This document shows, in pieces, positions 12,370 to 23,888 of a stretch of 64,000 nucleotides of DNA. The translations under genes and the position numbers were made by a program. The DNA is from Chiloscyllium plagiosum (taxonomy: Eukaryota), in the NCBI RefSeq assembly GCF_004010195.1, contig NC_057719.1, positions 73,473,447 to 73,537,446 on the forward strand, written 5' to 3'. The notes under the pieces were generated by a model. The model did no database searches. It was given only the letters and a program-made list of their open reading frames with translations, and was not told the DNA's origin. How positions within the stretch are numbered: the first letter of the stretch is position 1; each line of letters begins with the position of its first letter.

Positions 12370-12409
12370 CCACTGATGATGTTACCTAGCCAGGTAATGA
12401 AATGTCTGG
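12370..12409 (+). ncRNA. Minimal hammerhead ribozyme motif (Poseidon family), right arm
   Basis: CCA CTGATGA T GTTACC TAGCCA GGTAAT GAAA TGTC TGG. Confidence 0.7.
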
Positions 12410-13059
12410 ATATCAAACCACAGCACAGTGAGCAAACCTACACCCTATCCAAGTAACTCTTCCCCCCCCCCCCCCCCCGGATGTGCCACAGTGTTTGAAG
12501 CTCAGATTCCAGATCATCAACTCTGAGCCGGAGTTCCTCCAGCAACCAACACTTGCTGCAGATGTGGTCACTGCCGTTCACAATGAGATCAACCAGCTCC
12601 CACATCATACAGCTACAGCGCATCACCTGCCCAGCTATTTCTACTTAGTTAATTACTTTATTACTTTATATAAATTTGAGTTAAATATTTTCTAATACTT
12701 CTCTGCTATGTTCTTTTTCAAATAACCAAATAATAGATAAATTAAGAAAAGGAAAAAAAAATTTAACCAAGCACATGATTACAAATATAAATAGATAACC
12801 CTTACCTTATCAACACACACCACAGAGTTTTTTTTGGTTAGAGGAGGAGGAGGAGGAGGGTGGGTGGGAGACACTACATTTGGTATATTTAGGCTGTGAC
12901 TGAACCAGAGACACTACATGTGTAGTGTCTCTGGTTCAGCCTCAGCTTAAATATATCACTTTCCCAGTGTGCAGTTTGACAGTTCCCACTCAGCTTCTCA
13001 CTGCTCCTGAAAATGGAGGCCACTAACTCTGGAGGTAAGTCCTTTTAACGAACAGACTG

Positions 13060-13425
13060 GGGCTTTTTTCCCCTCACGTGTTGGAGGTTGTGGCGTGACC
13101 TTATAGAAGTTTATAAAATCATGAGGGGCTTGGTTAGGGTGAATAGCCAAGGTCTTTTTCCCAGGATAGGGGTGTCCAAAACCAGAAGGCATAGGTTTAA
13201 AGTGAGATGGGGAGGATAATGAGTTGCCAGAGGAAGTGGTGGAGGCAGGTAAGAATTACAACATTCAAAAGGCACTTGGATAGGTTTATCAATAGGATTG
13301 GTTTCGACCATATTGATATGGACCAAATACTGGCAAATGGGACAAGGTCAGATTGGGATGTATGATCCACATGGGTGAGTTGTATTGAAGGATCTGTTTC
13401 CATGCTACATGACTCTACAACTTTA
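13060..13425 (+). mobile_element. CR1 3' fragment
   Basis: GAAGTTTATAAAATCATGAGGGG..GAGTTGCCAGAGGAAGTGGTGGAGGC with a GACTCTA-type tail. Confidence 0.8.
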
Positions 13426-13544
13426 TGTGGATAGCTTCAGATGGAGCAGAGTATAGATTATAATCCATTATCCATGTATTTTCACATAACCTAGAACTCC
13501 GCCTGTGTATACTTTTCAGTTCATCCAAAACCTTCCATATCACA

Positions 13545-13805
13545 AAATCCCTACAGTGAGGTGGAGGACATTCGGTTCATCAAGTCTGCACTGAAAAATA
13601 TTTCCTTTGTCCCCGTAGCCCCACATGGCTAATCCACCTAACCTGCACATCCTTGTACTTGAGGAGGAAATTGGAAATTGAAATGCAATGGAAACCTATG
13701 CAGACACTGGGAGAACACGAAAACTCCACATAGTCATCCGAGGTTAAAATCAAAATGGGTCCCCTGGTACTGTTAGGCAGCAATGCTAACCACTGCACTG
13801 CCATG
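13545..13805 (-). mobile_element. HE1-like SINE
   Basis: CCACCTAACCTGCACATC..GCTAACCACTG, the reverse complement of the V-SINE core and head. Confidence 0.75.
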
Positions 13806-14718
13806 TTGACTTTTTTTATTGATACGCTGGATAAAAGGATATCCAAGCTCAGTCCATGTCCTGTTGTCACTGCTCTGCTCGTTGACCTACATTGCTGCCT
13901 AATTTGTTGATTCCTTCATGTAAAAAATTGCTATCCTTATTTTCTTTCTGCACCTACCCTCACCTCTCCCTATCTCCACAGCCTCCTCCACCTGTAAACT
14001 GCACCAAGAACTCCTCGAATGCACACTCTTAGATTTTCCTTGACCCTCAATTGCTGGGCATGCCTTCACCAACATAGGACCTCTACTCTGAGTCACTTAT
14101 TCAACCTGTTCATTGCTCTACCTCTCCCACCTTGCCAGCACTGCCCCTGTTACGTGAATGAATTTTTAAAAATCTTGAGTACCAACGCCCAGACCATAAG
14201 GAACAATATGCTAGCTGAAGTTAACCTATGATTTCAAATGTTTTAAAATGCCCCTCCTTCTTTTATACTGTATTCTGCTTATAAAACTCAGGATTCCAAT
14301 AGTATTTTTAACAAGTTTATCCATCTTGACTGCCATGCTAAAATGATTTACACATGGAAACCTCCAAAGTATTATTGTTCCTTTAAAATTCCAACACTTC
14401 AATAGGTTTTTTTCATGTTGGTGTTAGCCTTTGAGCAAATGGCCTGACAACAGGTTCTCTTTCTCAGCTCTTTCTGTTCCTGAATTATACTTACTGTCTG
14501 TTGTGCTGCTTAAATACTTTTAAATCCTTCTTTGGTAAAACTGTGCAACAAATTATCTTCTCTACTCTTGGTTTAAATTCTTTATAGCTGGTTTTGGAAT
14601 TGGACTGCCAATGGCCTGGAAATGGGCCATCACTGATTAGGAAATATACATGTTACAAAGCTATTTATAAAGGAAGGAATTTTGTGTGTGAATCCACTTT
14701 TCTTTCATTCCTATACAG

Positions 14719-14854
14719 GGTAACACTTGTTTGGAGAATGGATCTTTTCTGTTAAATTATGTGGGTTGTGCCAAGTGCAGTAAAAGAGACTTTGTGCTCA
14801 TTACTAATCGAACCCAAGATGATGATGATGGAGAAGAAATTGTTACATATGACC
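14719..14854 (+). CDS. CHURC1: Churchill coding exon 2 ([45 protein letters not shown])
   Basis: Pyrimidine tract plus CAG acceptor ending 14718. The exon is 136 nt, phase 0 in and phase 1 out, with donor GTAAGT at 14855. Strong match to the vertebrate Churchill sequence as recalled. Confidence 0.97.
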
Positions 14855-15705
14855 GTAAGTTTTTAACTATGGAATCCTTGTCTTTTATGCAATAAGATGG
14901 AAACATTCAGATGTTTGTTTTCTCTATGAGATGACGTGAGTTTAGAATATAGTGTCCAGTTTTTTTAGCTGTTAATTGATATATTAATAAAAAGAGTCCG
15001 TAAACGTATCCATCTGGATTAATGCACTGTAACTGTCATAACAGCATATTGTCTTAGCAGAGCTGGAATATTAATGTGGCATGTTGATGGTATTTGTGAC
15101 AGATTGCCTGACCTGTTCCTTTAACAAAAGTATTTCAAATCCCTGAAATAGCAGATAGAGGAACTTCAGAAACTTAGTTTGTTTCTAGCCATGTAATTTG
15201 AAGCCTTAAATAACTGATCTGCTTTGAATTTGTTCTTGTGCAGATTTTTCCAATTTTATTGCTTTGTTATTTAGATGCAGAGAGAAGAGAGATTAGATTC
15301 ACTGACTATGCCAATGTAATAGTGAAATAATCAAATGCCAGGTGCATTATTTATGTATAATCATTTTTGATTGGCACTCAATAAACATGTAGTGATTTTC
15401 TAACCGTCGTTAACCTTTCAGTGTGTCATCAGCTGCCTTTGGAAAAATTCTGAAAATAAACTCATGCCCATAAAGTTCCCAGCAAGTAGTGTACAATATA
15501 CAAAGTGATTTCATGGCTCTTGTTTTCTACTGGAGTTTCAAGTGACGCTTATTAGCCACTTATGGCTTACTTTGAAGCTTTACATCATCGAGACCCCTCA
15601 GAGATTGACTATTACTGATATATTGTGCTTCAGTATAACACCATTTCTGAACTAGATCCATTTGCTGCCTTTTAACTATAATCTGTGTTACATTATTTCT
15701 TGCAG

Positions 15706-15776
15706 ATGTCTGTCAAAATTGCCACCATATTATAGCACAACATGAGTACACATTCACTGTTGTTGATGATTACCAG
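15706..15776 (+). CDS. CHURC1: Churchill coding exon 3 ([24 protein letters not shown])
   Basis: Acceptor TTTCTTGCAG ending 15705. The 71-nt exon completes the split His codon (C|AT), with donor GTAAGG at 15777. Confidence 0.97.
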
Positions 15777-16345
15777 GTAAGGTTTATTCAGTGATTTGTT
15801 TTTTACTGTAATTCTCAAAATAATTTTCCTTTCCACCACCTGCAGTGCTGTTGATTAGTTTCTTAGAGGTTGTGGTTTTGTTTCAGTTACATCACTATAT
15901 CAGACAAGCTTTTTGAAAAGCTCACAAGGTTAGATAGCCTTGTTTCACTATGATTTTTTTCCTTCTCAACTGAGTTTCTGTTAAATTTAGATAGCTACTG
16001 ATGTCTTTTCACATTCATTGTCATGTTGTGATCTTTTTATATAATTGAACAAAATGAACTGATATGTTAGGCCTGCTTTGTACCTGTGAACATTTCTTCA
16101 ATAGGAGCATAATGTAAATTTCAGAGAGTGACGTGGGTTTTTTTGAGGGTATGAACTTGAGTTTCTTTCATTTTAGAATTTGAAAGGTCAAATTACTCTA
16201 GCTTAGTATTATTTATTGTGAGAGGTGTTGGATACAAAAGTACAAATCTTGTGCTTCGGTCATATAAGGTAAAAGTGAGACCATATCTGGAATATTATGT
16301 GCAGTATTTGTCTCCTTATTTAAGGGAGGGCATAAATATTGTTGG

Positions 16346-16535
16346 CAAAAGTGAGGACAGCAGATTAGAGTGGAGCGTATGGTACTGGAAAAGCACAGTC
16401 GGTCAGTTAGCATCCGAGGAACAGGAAAAGCAACGTTTCAGGCAAAAGCCCTTCATCAGGCTTTTGCCCGAAATGTTGATTTTCCTCCTCCTTGGACGCT
16501 GCCTGACCGGCTGTGCTTTTCCAGCGCCATGCTCT
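16346..16535. mobile_element. Fold-back Neptune pseudo-LTR mini-element in CHURC1 intron 3, within an old CR1 fragment (about 16215-17030)
   Basis: Inverted arms at about 16374-16450 and 16459-16535. A - strand hammerhead at 16431-16460 reads C CTGATGA A GGGC TTTT GCCT GAAA CGTT G. Confidence 0.75.
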
Positions 16536-17474
16536 TGTAAGTTATAGTTGGAGCAGTTCGGAAAAGGTTTACTGGACTATCATCTGAAATGAATAACATG
16601 TCTGATGGAAAAAAGGGAAGGCAGCTTTGATTTATCTGGAATTTAGAAGAATAAGGTATAACTTGGTTAAAATTTATGAAATCCTGAGGGAGCAAGACCA
16701 TGCATGTGGAAAGGTTGTTTCTTTTTCTGAGAGAATCTTGAGCTGAAGAGTCAGTGTTTAAGAATAAAGTGTCATCCATTTAAGAGATGTGAGGAGGATT
16801 TTTTTGTCTCAGACTTCCAAAGATGCTCAACCCTATTCATCAAAAGGGTGCAAAGAGTATTTGAATATTTTTGAGGTGGGAATAGACAGGTAGATTCTTG
16901 AGAAGCTGGAGGTGAACGTTTATTAGAGGATAAGTAGAAAGATGGAGTAGTCAGATCAGCCGTGATCTTATTGAATGTCGGTGTAAGAACAAAGGTCTGA
17001 GTGGCTTGTTCTTCCTAATTCATGTATAAGGAAGAGGGCCAAGTTAATCAGGGCACTTGTGCAACTTTTGAACAATGCATCAGAATTCTTATTCTCGTTA
17101 CTGCACCTTCAATGGACTGAAATAGTGTCTGTTTTTTTCTTTGGAGGAGGTTTTCAAATACTATTTTTATTTGTAGATTTAACAGACATGTATCATTTGT
17201 GAAGTGCACGGAAACAAATTCTGTGTGGAATTACCTTTTCTCATAGCTTAATGGTACTGTACTATTTGGCCATTCTCTAAGTGGCAAGTGTTTTCTTCAG
17301 GTATTGATCTACGTGCTTTAGTTTCTTGTTTTGGTTTTATTAGGAGAGTTTTGGAAGACCTGTTTAAAATTTCCGGTCCAAACTGCATTTCACAGTAACA
17401 ATGTTTAACATGTAGTCAACAGTCATATCCTTCCAATGGTACTGATGCTGACTATTTCTCCCCTCTTTCTCCAG

Positions 17475-17567
17475 GAATACACCATGTTGTGTATGTTGTG
17501 TGGAAAAGCAGAAGACACGATCAGTATATTGCCGGATGATCCTCGGCAGATGGCCCCTCTTTTCTGA
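17475..17567 (+). CDS. CHURC1: Churchill coding exon 4 ([30 protein letters not shown])
   Basis: Acceptor CTCTTTCTCCAG ending 17474; TGA at 17565-17567. The spliced ORF is 112 aa and retains C2, C5, C17, C30, C33, H59, C61, C64, H66, H71, C88 and C91. Confidence 0.97.
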   Translation, partial: EYTMLCMLCGKAEDTISILPDDPRQMAPLF

Positions 17568-17676
17568 AAGCTCTGTTTCTGCACAATGCACACCAGGCAC
17601 TTTAGGGAGTGCAGAATGGCAATTCTAGCTGGAGATAGGATTTCTAGTTACCATGCTAAACTGGGATCAGATTTTA

Positions 17677-17682
17677 AATAAA
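17677..17682 (+). terminator. CHURC1: Candidate CHURC1 polyadenylation signal
   Basis: AATAAA about 110 nt after the stop codon, followed by T-rich GGTTATTTTTTATT. Distal signals are also possible. Confidence 0.5.
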
Positions 17683-19479
17683 AAAACAGCGGTTATTTTT
17701 TATTCATCACTAAAGGAGGTCCATTAATGTACTACTCTTTCCAGAATGAATATTGATTTGCTTTTATTCTTATGAATGCTGCCATAACCAGCACTGACCT
17801 GTAGCTCTACTATTTCAGAATGACTTTTGTAGATTTCAAATGTATAATGTTAGTGATCTTTCAAGTTGAAGCAAATGAGTGTTGTCTGAGAGAAGTTATG
17901 CTTTGCATTAAATTTCATTTACAAAGAGTGATGCAAAACAAATCTCTACTCTGTTAATATTTTTTGTTTCTTGTGAAGACTGGACATCATGTTTTTGAAT
18001 CAGTCTCTAGTAGATCTGTAGGACAAAATTTTTCTTTGCCTCTCAATTGTTCATGCAGCAATTTACAAGGCCACTAAAAATGTTAGACCTCTGTTGTAGC
18101 TGATTATGATATAAGAACATAAGAGGTGGGACCAGGAATAGGAAATTCATAATTTCAAGCCTGTTCCACCATTTAATGTGATTATGGCTCATCTTATCTT
18201 GTTCTCAACTCCACTTTTCTGCCACTCTCCATGACTCTTCAACCATTATTCATTAAAAACTCTCGCCTCCTTAAATTTACTTAATTTCCCGGCATCCTTT
18301 GTACTCTGGTGTGATGAATTTCACAGATTCACAACCCTTTGAGGGAAATAACTTCTCTGAATTGCATCTCTACATCTCTACTCTTATACTCAATTCCTTT
18401 AGCAGTAAATGCTAAAATTCATTTTCCTTCCTATATTACCTACTGTACCTGATTGTTAGTTTTCTATGATTCATGCACAAGGACACTCGGATCCCTCTGC
18501 ACTAAAGCACTGTGAAGTTTCACTCCATCAAGTTGCCTTTCTATTCTTCTGACCAAAATAGATAACCTCACATTTATTCACATTAAATTTCATCTGCCAG
18601 ATTTTGGCCTGTTCACCTAACCTATCCATATACATTTGTAAATTTCTTATTTCGTCATTGCAGCCTAAAAGCCCACATTAGTGATTGACCAAATCAATTT
18701 AGAGCACCTTAAAATTCAGCTATGTTGTTACAATGTTAACCTTTGCTGTAGGCGTTCTGAACTCCCAGTTGGTTTAAAGTAAAAAGATATTTCGTCTCTC
18801 CATCTTCAGACAGCATGAATTTATTTCAACTTGAAAATTCACGAAAGCTAGATTTAAAGTAAGTCACGAGACAATCTGAAATGGTACCTTACTCCAGGTA
18901 AAGGTTGTGTTGGCAAGAATAAATGCCAATTAACTTTCATTTTCTAACAGGGTTCAGATTATTTATGTTTCTAGAAATTTTCAGTATGCTGGAAGTGACA
19001 AAAAATGTACTGAAGTGAACTGGAATGTTATTTCCTTTTTTTCAGAAGATAGTCCTCTAAATATGTGTAGCTTGTGGAGAAAGTCACCTTGGGGCTGTTT
19101 GAATGTTTTCTGAAACCTTTTTGGCTTCATTAAGTATTCTGTCATTCAAAGGCACTAAAAAATTTGCATTGAAGAATGCTCCCAAATGCTTAATTTGGAT
19201 TTTCAAGTGTTTAGAATTTAATATCTTGTTTTCACTTCCTTTCCATTTAATTAGATAACGATATGCTGAAAGGGGGTCTCACTGAAGTGCATCACTGTCA
19301 TTTTATCTGTTTGTTCTTCTGTTCAATGAATCAAAGTTTTATCTTCTGGTGAAAGGCAACTTTACAATCTGAACCATCAAGTATCTCCTATTTTGAAGTT
19401 TGTGTTTTCTGGTGACTGTAATATTCATTGAAATAAAGCCATGTTTCCAACCATCTAATGTGGATCACAAAATATTTTT

Positions 19480-20150
19480 CACTTGTATTAACAAATGCAT
19501 TTGAACAGATCTACAAAACTAGGCTGTATGCCAGTCTTTCTAACTCTATTAGTACATGTCCAAGTGGTTCTACCCAGACTTCCCTTGCTTCCTACTGTGC
19601 TCCTGACCACCCTGTGTAGTACTGGCATTACCAACACTGATGCTGCTTTTGAACTTGCTCTCATTAACCTCTGGACTGTCCTCAACCTTCTCTTTCGTCT
19701 CCCTACTGCTTTGGATTAACCCCCCCCATGGTAGACAAGTTCATAAACTCCCAAATAGCTCTAGCAAATTTCTCCATCAGAATATTGATCCCCTTCAGTT
19801 CAGCTGCAACCCATTCCTCTTGTACGGATCAACTCTGCCCCAAAGAGATCCCAATGATCCAAGAATCTGAATCCTGTCCCCTGCACCAGCTCTCAAGCCA
19901 TGCATTCATCTGCCAGATCGTACTCTTCCTACACTTGCTAACCCGTGGCACGGTAAGTAAATACTACTGTTGAGGTCCTGGATTTTAATCTTCTGCCTAA
20001 CTCCTTAAAATCACTCTTTAGGACCTTATCCCTTTTCCTCCTTATGTCTTTGGTACCAATCTGTCCAAAGACCTCTGGCTGCTCAACCTCCCCCTTAAGA
20101 ATTTCATGCAACCAATCAGAGATGTCCTTGACCGTCGCACTAGGGAGGTG
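19480..20150 (-). mobile_element. CR1 ORF1 (esterase) fragment
   Basis: LPSATVKDISDWLHEILKGE..PEVFGQIGTKDI..FKELGRRLKSRT, homologous to 11642-12163. Confidence 0.75.
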
Positions 20151-20324
20151 ACCCACAAATTGTGCTGATTTGTTGACTTACCAGGTGGACACATTGCCTT
20201 CCATTTTTTATCCTTAAATACTATACATTGATATATACCATAAAACTTGCCAGTAGCTGCTATATTAAGTTCCTGTTTAAAAGCTAGTGCATTACCACCT
20301 ACTGGACAGAATTGATTTTCCACA

Positions 20325-21050
20325 AATTCACCAACACACTAAAACAGTAGCTAATGAACTTGAAGGAGTTGAAAATTATGGTGCTGAAGAAGGGCTTATG
20401 CCCGAAATGTCGATTCTCCTGCTCCTCGGATGCTGCCTGGCCTGCTGCGCTTTTCCAGCACCACACTTTTCAACTCTTGTCTCCAGCATCTGCAGTCCTC
20501 ACTTTCTCCTAAATGAACTTGAAGGACCCTATACAGACATCAAGCAAAACAAATGTAACTTACAAAATACCATGCAAGAACTGTAACAAACACTACATTG
20601 GACAAACGGGCAGAAAACTAGCCACTAGGATACATGAACATCAACTAGCCACAAAAAGACATGACCCACTCTCAGTAGTATCTTTATATACAGATGACAA
20701 AGACTACCACTTTGACTGGGACAACCCATCTATCCTAGGACAAGCCAAACACACACACACGTGAGAATTCCTAGGAGCATGGCATTCCAATTGGAATCTA
20801 CAACAAACACATTGCCTTGGATCCCATTTACCACCCCCTAAGAAAAAGAACAGAAAATGATATCATCAACCCAAGGAAATTTAAACACATCAATAAAAAG
20901 CTGGCCATACCACCAGTGCTTCATCCGAAGGCTCAGTGATGATGTTACCTAGTATGGTGATGAAACATCTGAAACCAAACCTTCCAGCTCAGTGAGCGAA
21001 CCTAAATCCAGAACCTCAACTGGAGTTACAATTTTTCTCAAAACTCACTA
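20325..21050 (+). mobile_element. Penelope/Poseidon-type PLE 3' fragment (GIY-YIG plus pseudo-LTR)
   Basis: NVTYKIPCKNCNKHYIGQTGRKLATRIHEHQ..HFDW. Decayed hammerhead at 20933-20972. Confidence 0.9.
20368..20511 (+). mobile_element. 144-bp Neptune pseudo-LTR mini-element with 15-bp TSD inside the Poseidon PLE
   Basis: TSD AATGAACTTGAAGGA at 20353-20367 and 20512-20526, with a short inverted 5' piece. Hammerhead at 20384-20413: CTGAAGA A GGGC TTAT GCCC GAAA TGTC GA. Confidence 0.85.
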
Positions 21051-21104
21051 GAATTGATCTTATGTATTGCTTGAGACTGGAATTCAAAACTCTTTTTAAA
21101 TTTG

Positions 21105-21760
21105 AAGTTATTGGTTGCTTAGCTGGTTGGTTTTCTTGCAAACGTTTTGTCTCCCTCCTGGGTGACATCATCTGTGCTGTGTAGCCTCTGGATGAAAGGC
21201 TGTCATTGTGATCTGCCCCGAATTTATATGGTTCTGTCCATTGTAGCAGGTGGTTCTACTTCTGGTTTTGTACAATAGTGGTCTGTAAATGGGGTCTATT
21301 TCACCGTAATTGTTTATGGAACCAGAGGATGAATACCAGGCCTCCAGCAATTCCCAAGCTGGTTTTGTTTAGCCTGTCCTATATTGTAGCATTGTCCCAG
21401 TTGAATTGGTGTCCTTTATGTCTGTGGTATTGATAGGAGGGAGGCCTGGTCGTGTCGTTTTGGCGCAAGCTGATGCTCATGTATTTTGGTGGCAAGTTTC
21501 CTGTCTGTCCTATGTAATGTTTCTTGCATTTGCTGCATGGTATTTTGTATATCACATTATTCAAATTGACACTCACGTATTCTGGTAGCAAGTTTCCTGC
21601 CATTTTGTCCTATGTAATGTTTCTTGCAATTGCTGCATGGTATTTTACATTGTACATTCTGCAAGCTCATGCTCATATATTCTGATGGAGAGTTTCCTGC
21701 TTGTTTGTCCTTTGAAATGCAAACTGATCAACAACTTCAACTGCAAACTGAGCTACTGAT
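21105..21760 (-). mobile_element. Penelope/Poseidon-type PLE fragment, convergent with the previous copy
   Basis: NVIYKIPCSKCKKHYIGQTG and LEAWYSS..IN. Decayed hammerhead at 21138-21177. Confidence 0.8.
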
Positions 21761-23129
21761 CTTTACTAAAATGTCTCCAGGATTGCAGAAGAGATTTTAC
21801 TAATGGAAACTCACTGCTTTTACAACTGCAACATTTAAGAATAACTTTTGTGAGGAAAAAAGTTTTGAAATACCTTTTGTGCATTGGTGTGGTTGCTAGA
21901 GATAGGAAATGGTAAGCAGCTACTTATGTTGCTTAGTGGTTTTCAAGGGTCAAGGTGGAATAGATCTGCCATAAATCTAACTTGGGAATACTAGTAAAGC
22001 ACACTAATAAAGGGTGACAAAATTGGCAAAATGTTTGATCATTTAGGACTGAAGCCAAAGAATGCCAGTAAAGCAATAAAAATGAGAGTTATTATAAGAT
22101 CAATAAGAACTTTGCACTCTGCAGACAAATGCAGCTGATCTAAGCAATATGTTTGGTCGATCTTTTTTTTTCCCCTATAAATATTTCTAAAGAGTATTGG
22201 TTTGAATTTTTGTTTTGATGTGTGCTGTTCTTAATCTGCACACTCAATCAAGTAAGTTAGACAAAACTGCAAAACAAATATGTTGGTTTTGTGAACTGTC
22301 AGTTCTAACTTCAAACTTACATCATCTTTATGTTTAACCTACGTTAATGATTTTGTGTCTTGGTTGCAGATATATAGCTGTTTTCTTAAGTATTGGGAGT
22401 TTATGTATTTCTACATAAGTTTTGGAAAGTTTGCTTAGCAAGAGAAAGATATTGAAAATATTTGAGTCTTGCTGAATAAAATGGTGTGTGGTCCTGCTAA
22501 ATAATCTTTTAGCACATAGCTGTGAAACTTGGATACTTTCAGAGATGTTACTTTTTTAAAATACATGATCATTAACAAGAACAGGTGCTTTCATTAAAGC
22601 TATTTTTGTATCTTTGAACGGAGTTTCAAATGATGACAGCTTTATTTTTGGTTGTTTGGCAGAATAAGTCCCGATTTTTCAACCTGTACACATTACTAAG
22701 CCCCTTGCAACATTCTAATAAATATCTTCTACGCTTCTTCTAAGACCTTGACTAAAATGTGTTTTCACGATATTGCAGCTTCAGCCTACAATTTATCCCA
22801 ATTCCCTTATTTTAGCAGTCTTTATTTTTCTTGTTAAAGCCAAGGACCCCTTTTTGTTTTCTTCATAGTCTTTTGAATTTGTACATTGTTCAATGATTTG
22901 TATACCCCAGGTTCCTGCACCATAATTGTGTCATTTATTGCCTTTTGTCATATTTCCCACCAAAATGTGCCATCTTGCACTTCTCTGCATTAAATTAATC
23001 TGAAGCAGGTCTTCACAATTCACCAATCCATGTTTTGTCAAAGTTTGTTCCTGCCTTCCTAACTGCTAGTTTGAAGAGTCCAATATAAATAGAAATGGGG
23101 TAGTATTAACTCAGGTTCATATAGAAGCA

Positions 23130-23888
23130 CTGGAGTCATACAGCACAGAAACTGACCGTTTCTTCCAACTGGTTCACGCCAACCATGTTCCTAAACTAAT
23201 CAACCTGCATTTGGCCCATAATTCTCCAAATCCTTCCTATTCATTTACTTATCAAAATATCTTTTAAATGTTGTAACTGTACCGGGACCTACCAGATCCT
23301 CTTGGCAGTTCGTTCCACACACGTACCACACTTTGTTTAAGAAAACAAGTTGTCCCTCATGCCCTTCTTAAAACTTTCACCTCTCACCTGTACAATATGT
23401 CCCCTAGTTTTGAACTCCCCCACTACAGGGAAAAGACTCTTGCTATTCACCTTAATCTATGCCCCTCATGATTTTATAAAACTCTATAAGGTCATGCCTC
23501 AACCTCCTACACTCCAATGAAAAAAATCCCAGCCTATTTTAATTGCTCATCCCCTCCAACTTGACAACATCCTGGTAAATCTTTTCTGAACTCTCTTCGA
23601 TTTAATAATATCTTTCCTATAGTAGGGCAACCAGAACTGCCCACAGTACTCCAGAAGAGACCACGTCAGTGTACAACCGCAACATGACATCCCAACTCCT
23701 ATATTCTAAGGTCTGAGCAATGGGGGCAAGAGTGCAAAATGCCTTCACAACCAACCTGTCTACCTGTGACACTAATTTCAAAGAAATATGTACCTGAACC
23801 CCTAGGTCTCTCTGTTCAATAACACTATCCAGGGTCCTACCATTAGCTGAATAATTCCTGCCCTTGTTTGTTTTATCAAAACACATTA
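23130..23888 (-). mobile_element. CR1 3' fragment
   Basis: VIEQRDLGVQVHISLKLVSQVDRLVVKAF..EYRSWDVMLRLY plus a CR1 3'UTR. Confidence 0.85.

Larger units (their letters stand above)
12170..12446. mobile_element. 277-bp palindromic PLE pseudo-LTR mini-element with 12-bp TSD splitting CR1 ORF1
   Basis: TSD ATCCAAGTAACT at 12158-12169 and 12447-12458. Inverted arms of about 120 bp at 12206-12325 and 12330-12448. Removing the insert rejoins ..KSYLD/ALFREAVTP. Confidence 0.9.
8045..13015 (-). mobile_element. Near full-length decayed CR1 LINE in CHURC1 intron 1
   Basis: ORF1 has a zinc-finger/leucine zipper (CSCMMWE..HICSKC..LEELRLRVDDLESEL) and an SGNH esterase (VIVDSTIRG, VHVGTNN). ORF2 has an APE domain (GKGGGVAL, YGPPN, IMGKFN), KSPGP and the C-terminal FFTQKVVNLWNSLP. 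Several nested inserts. Confidence 0.9.
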
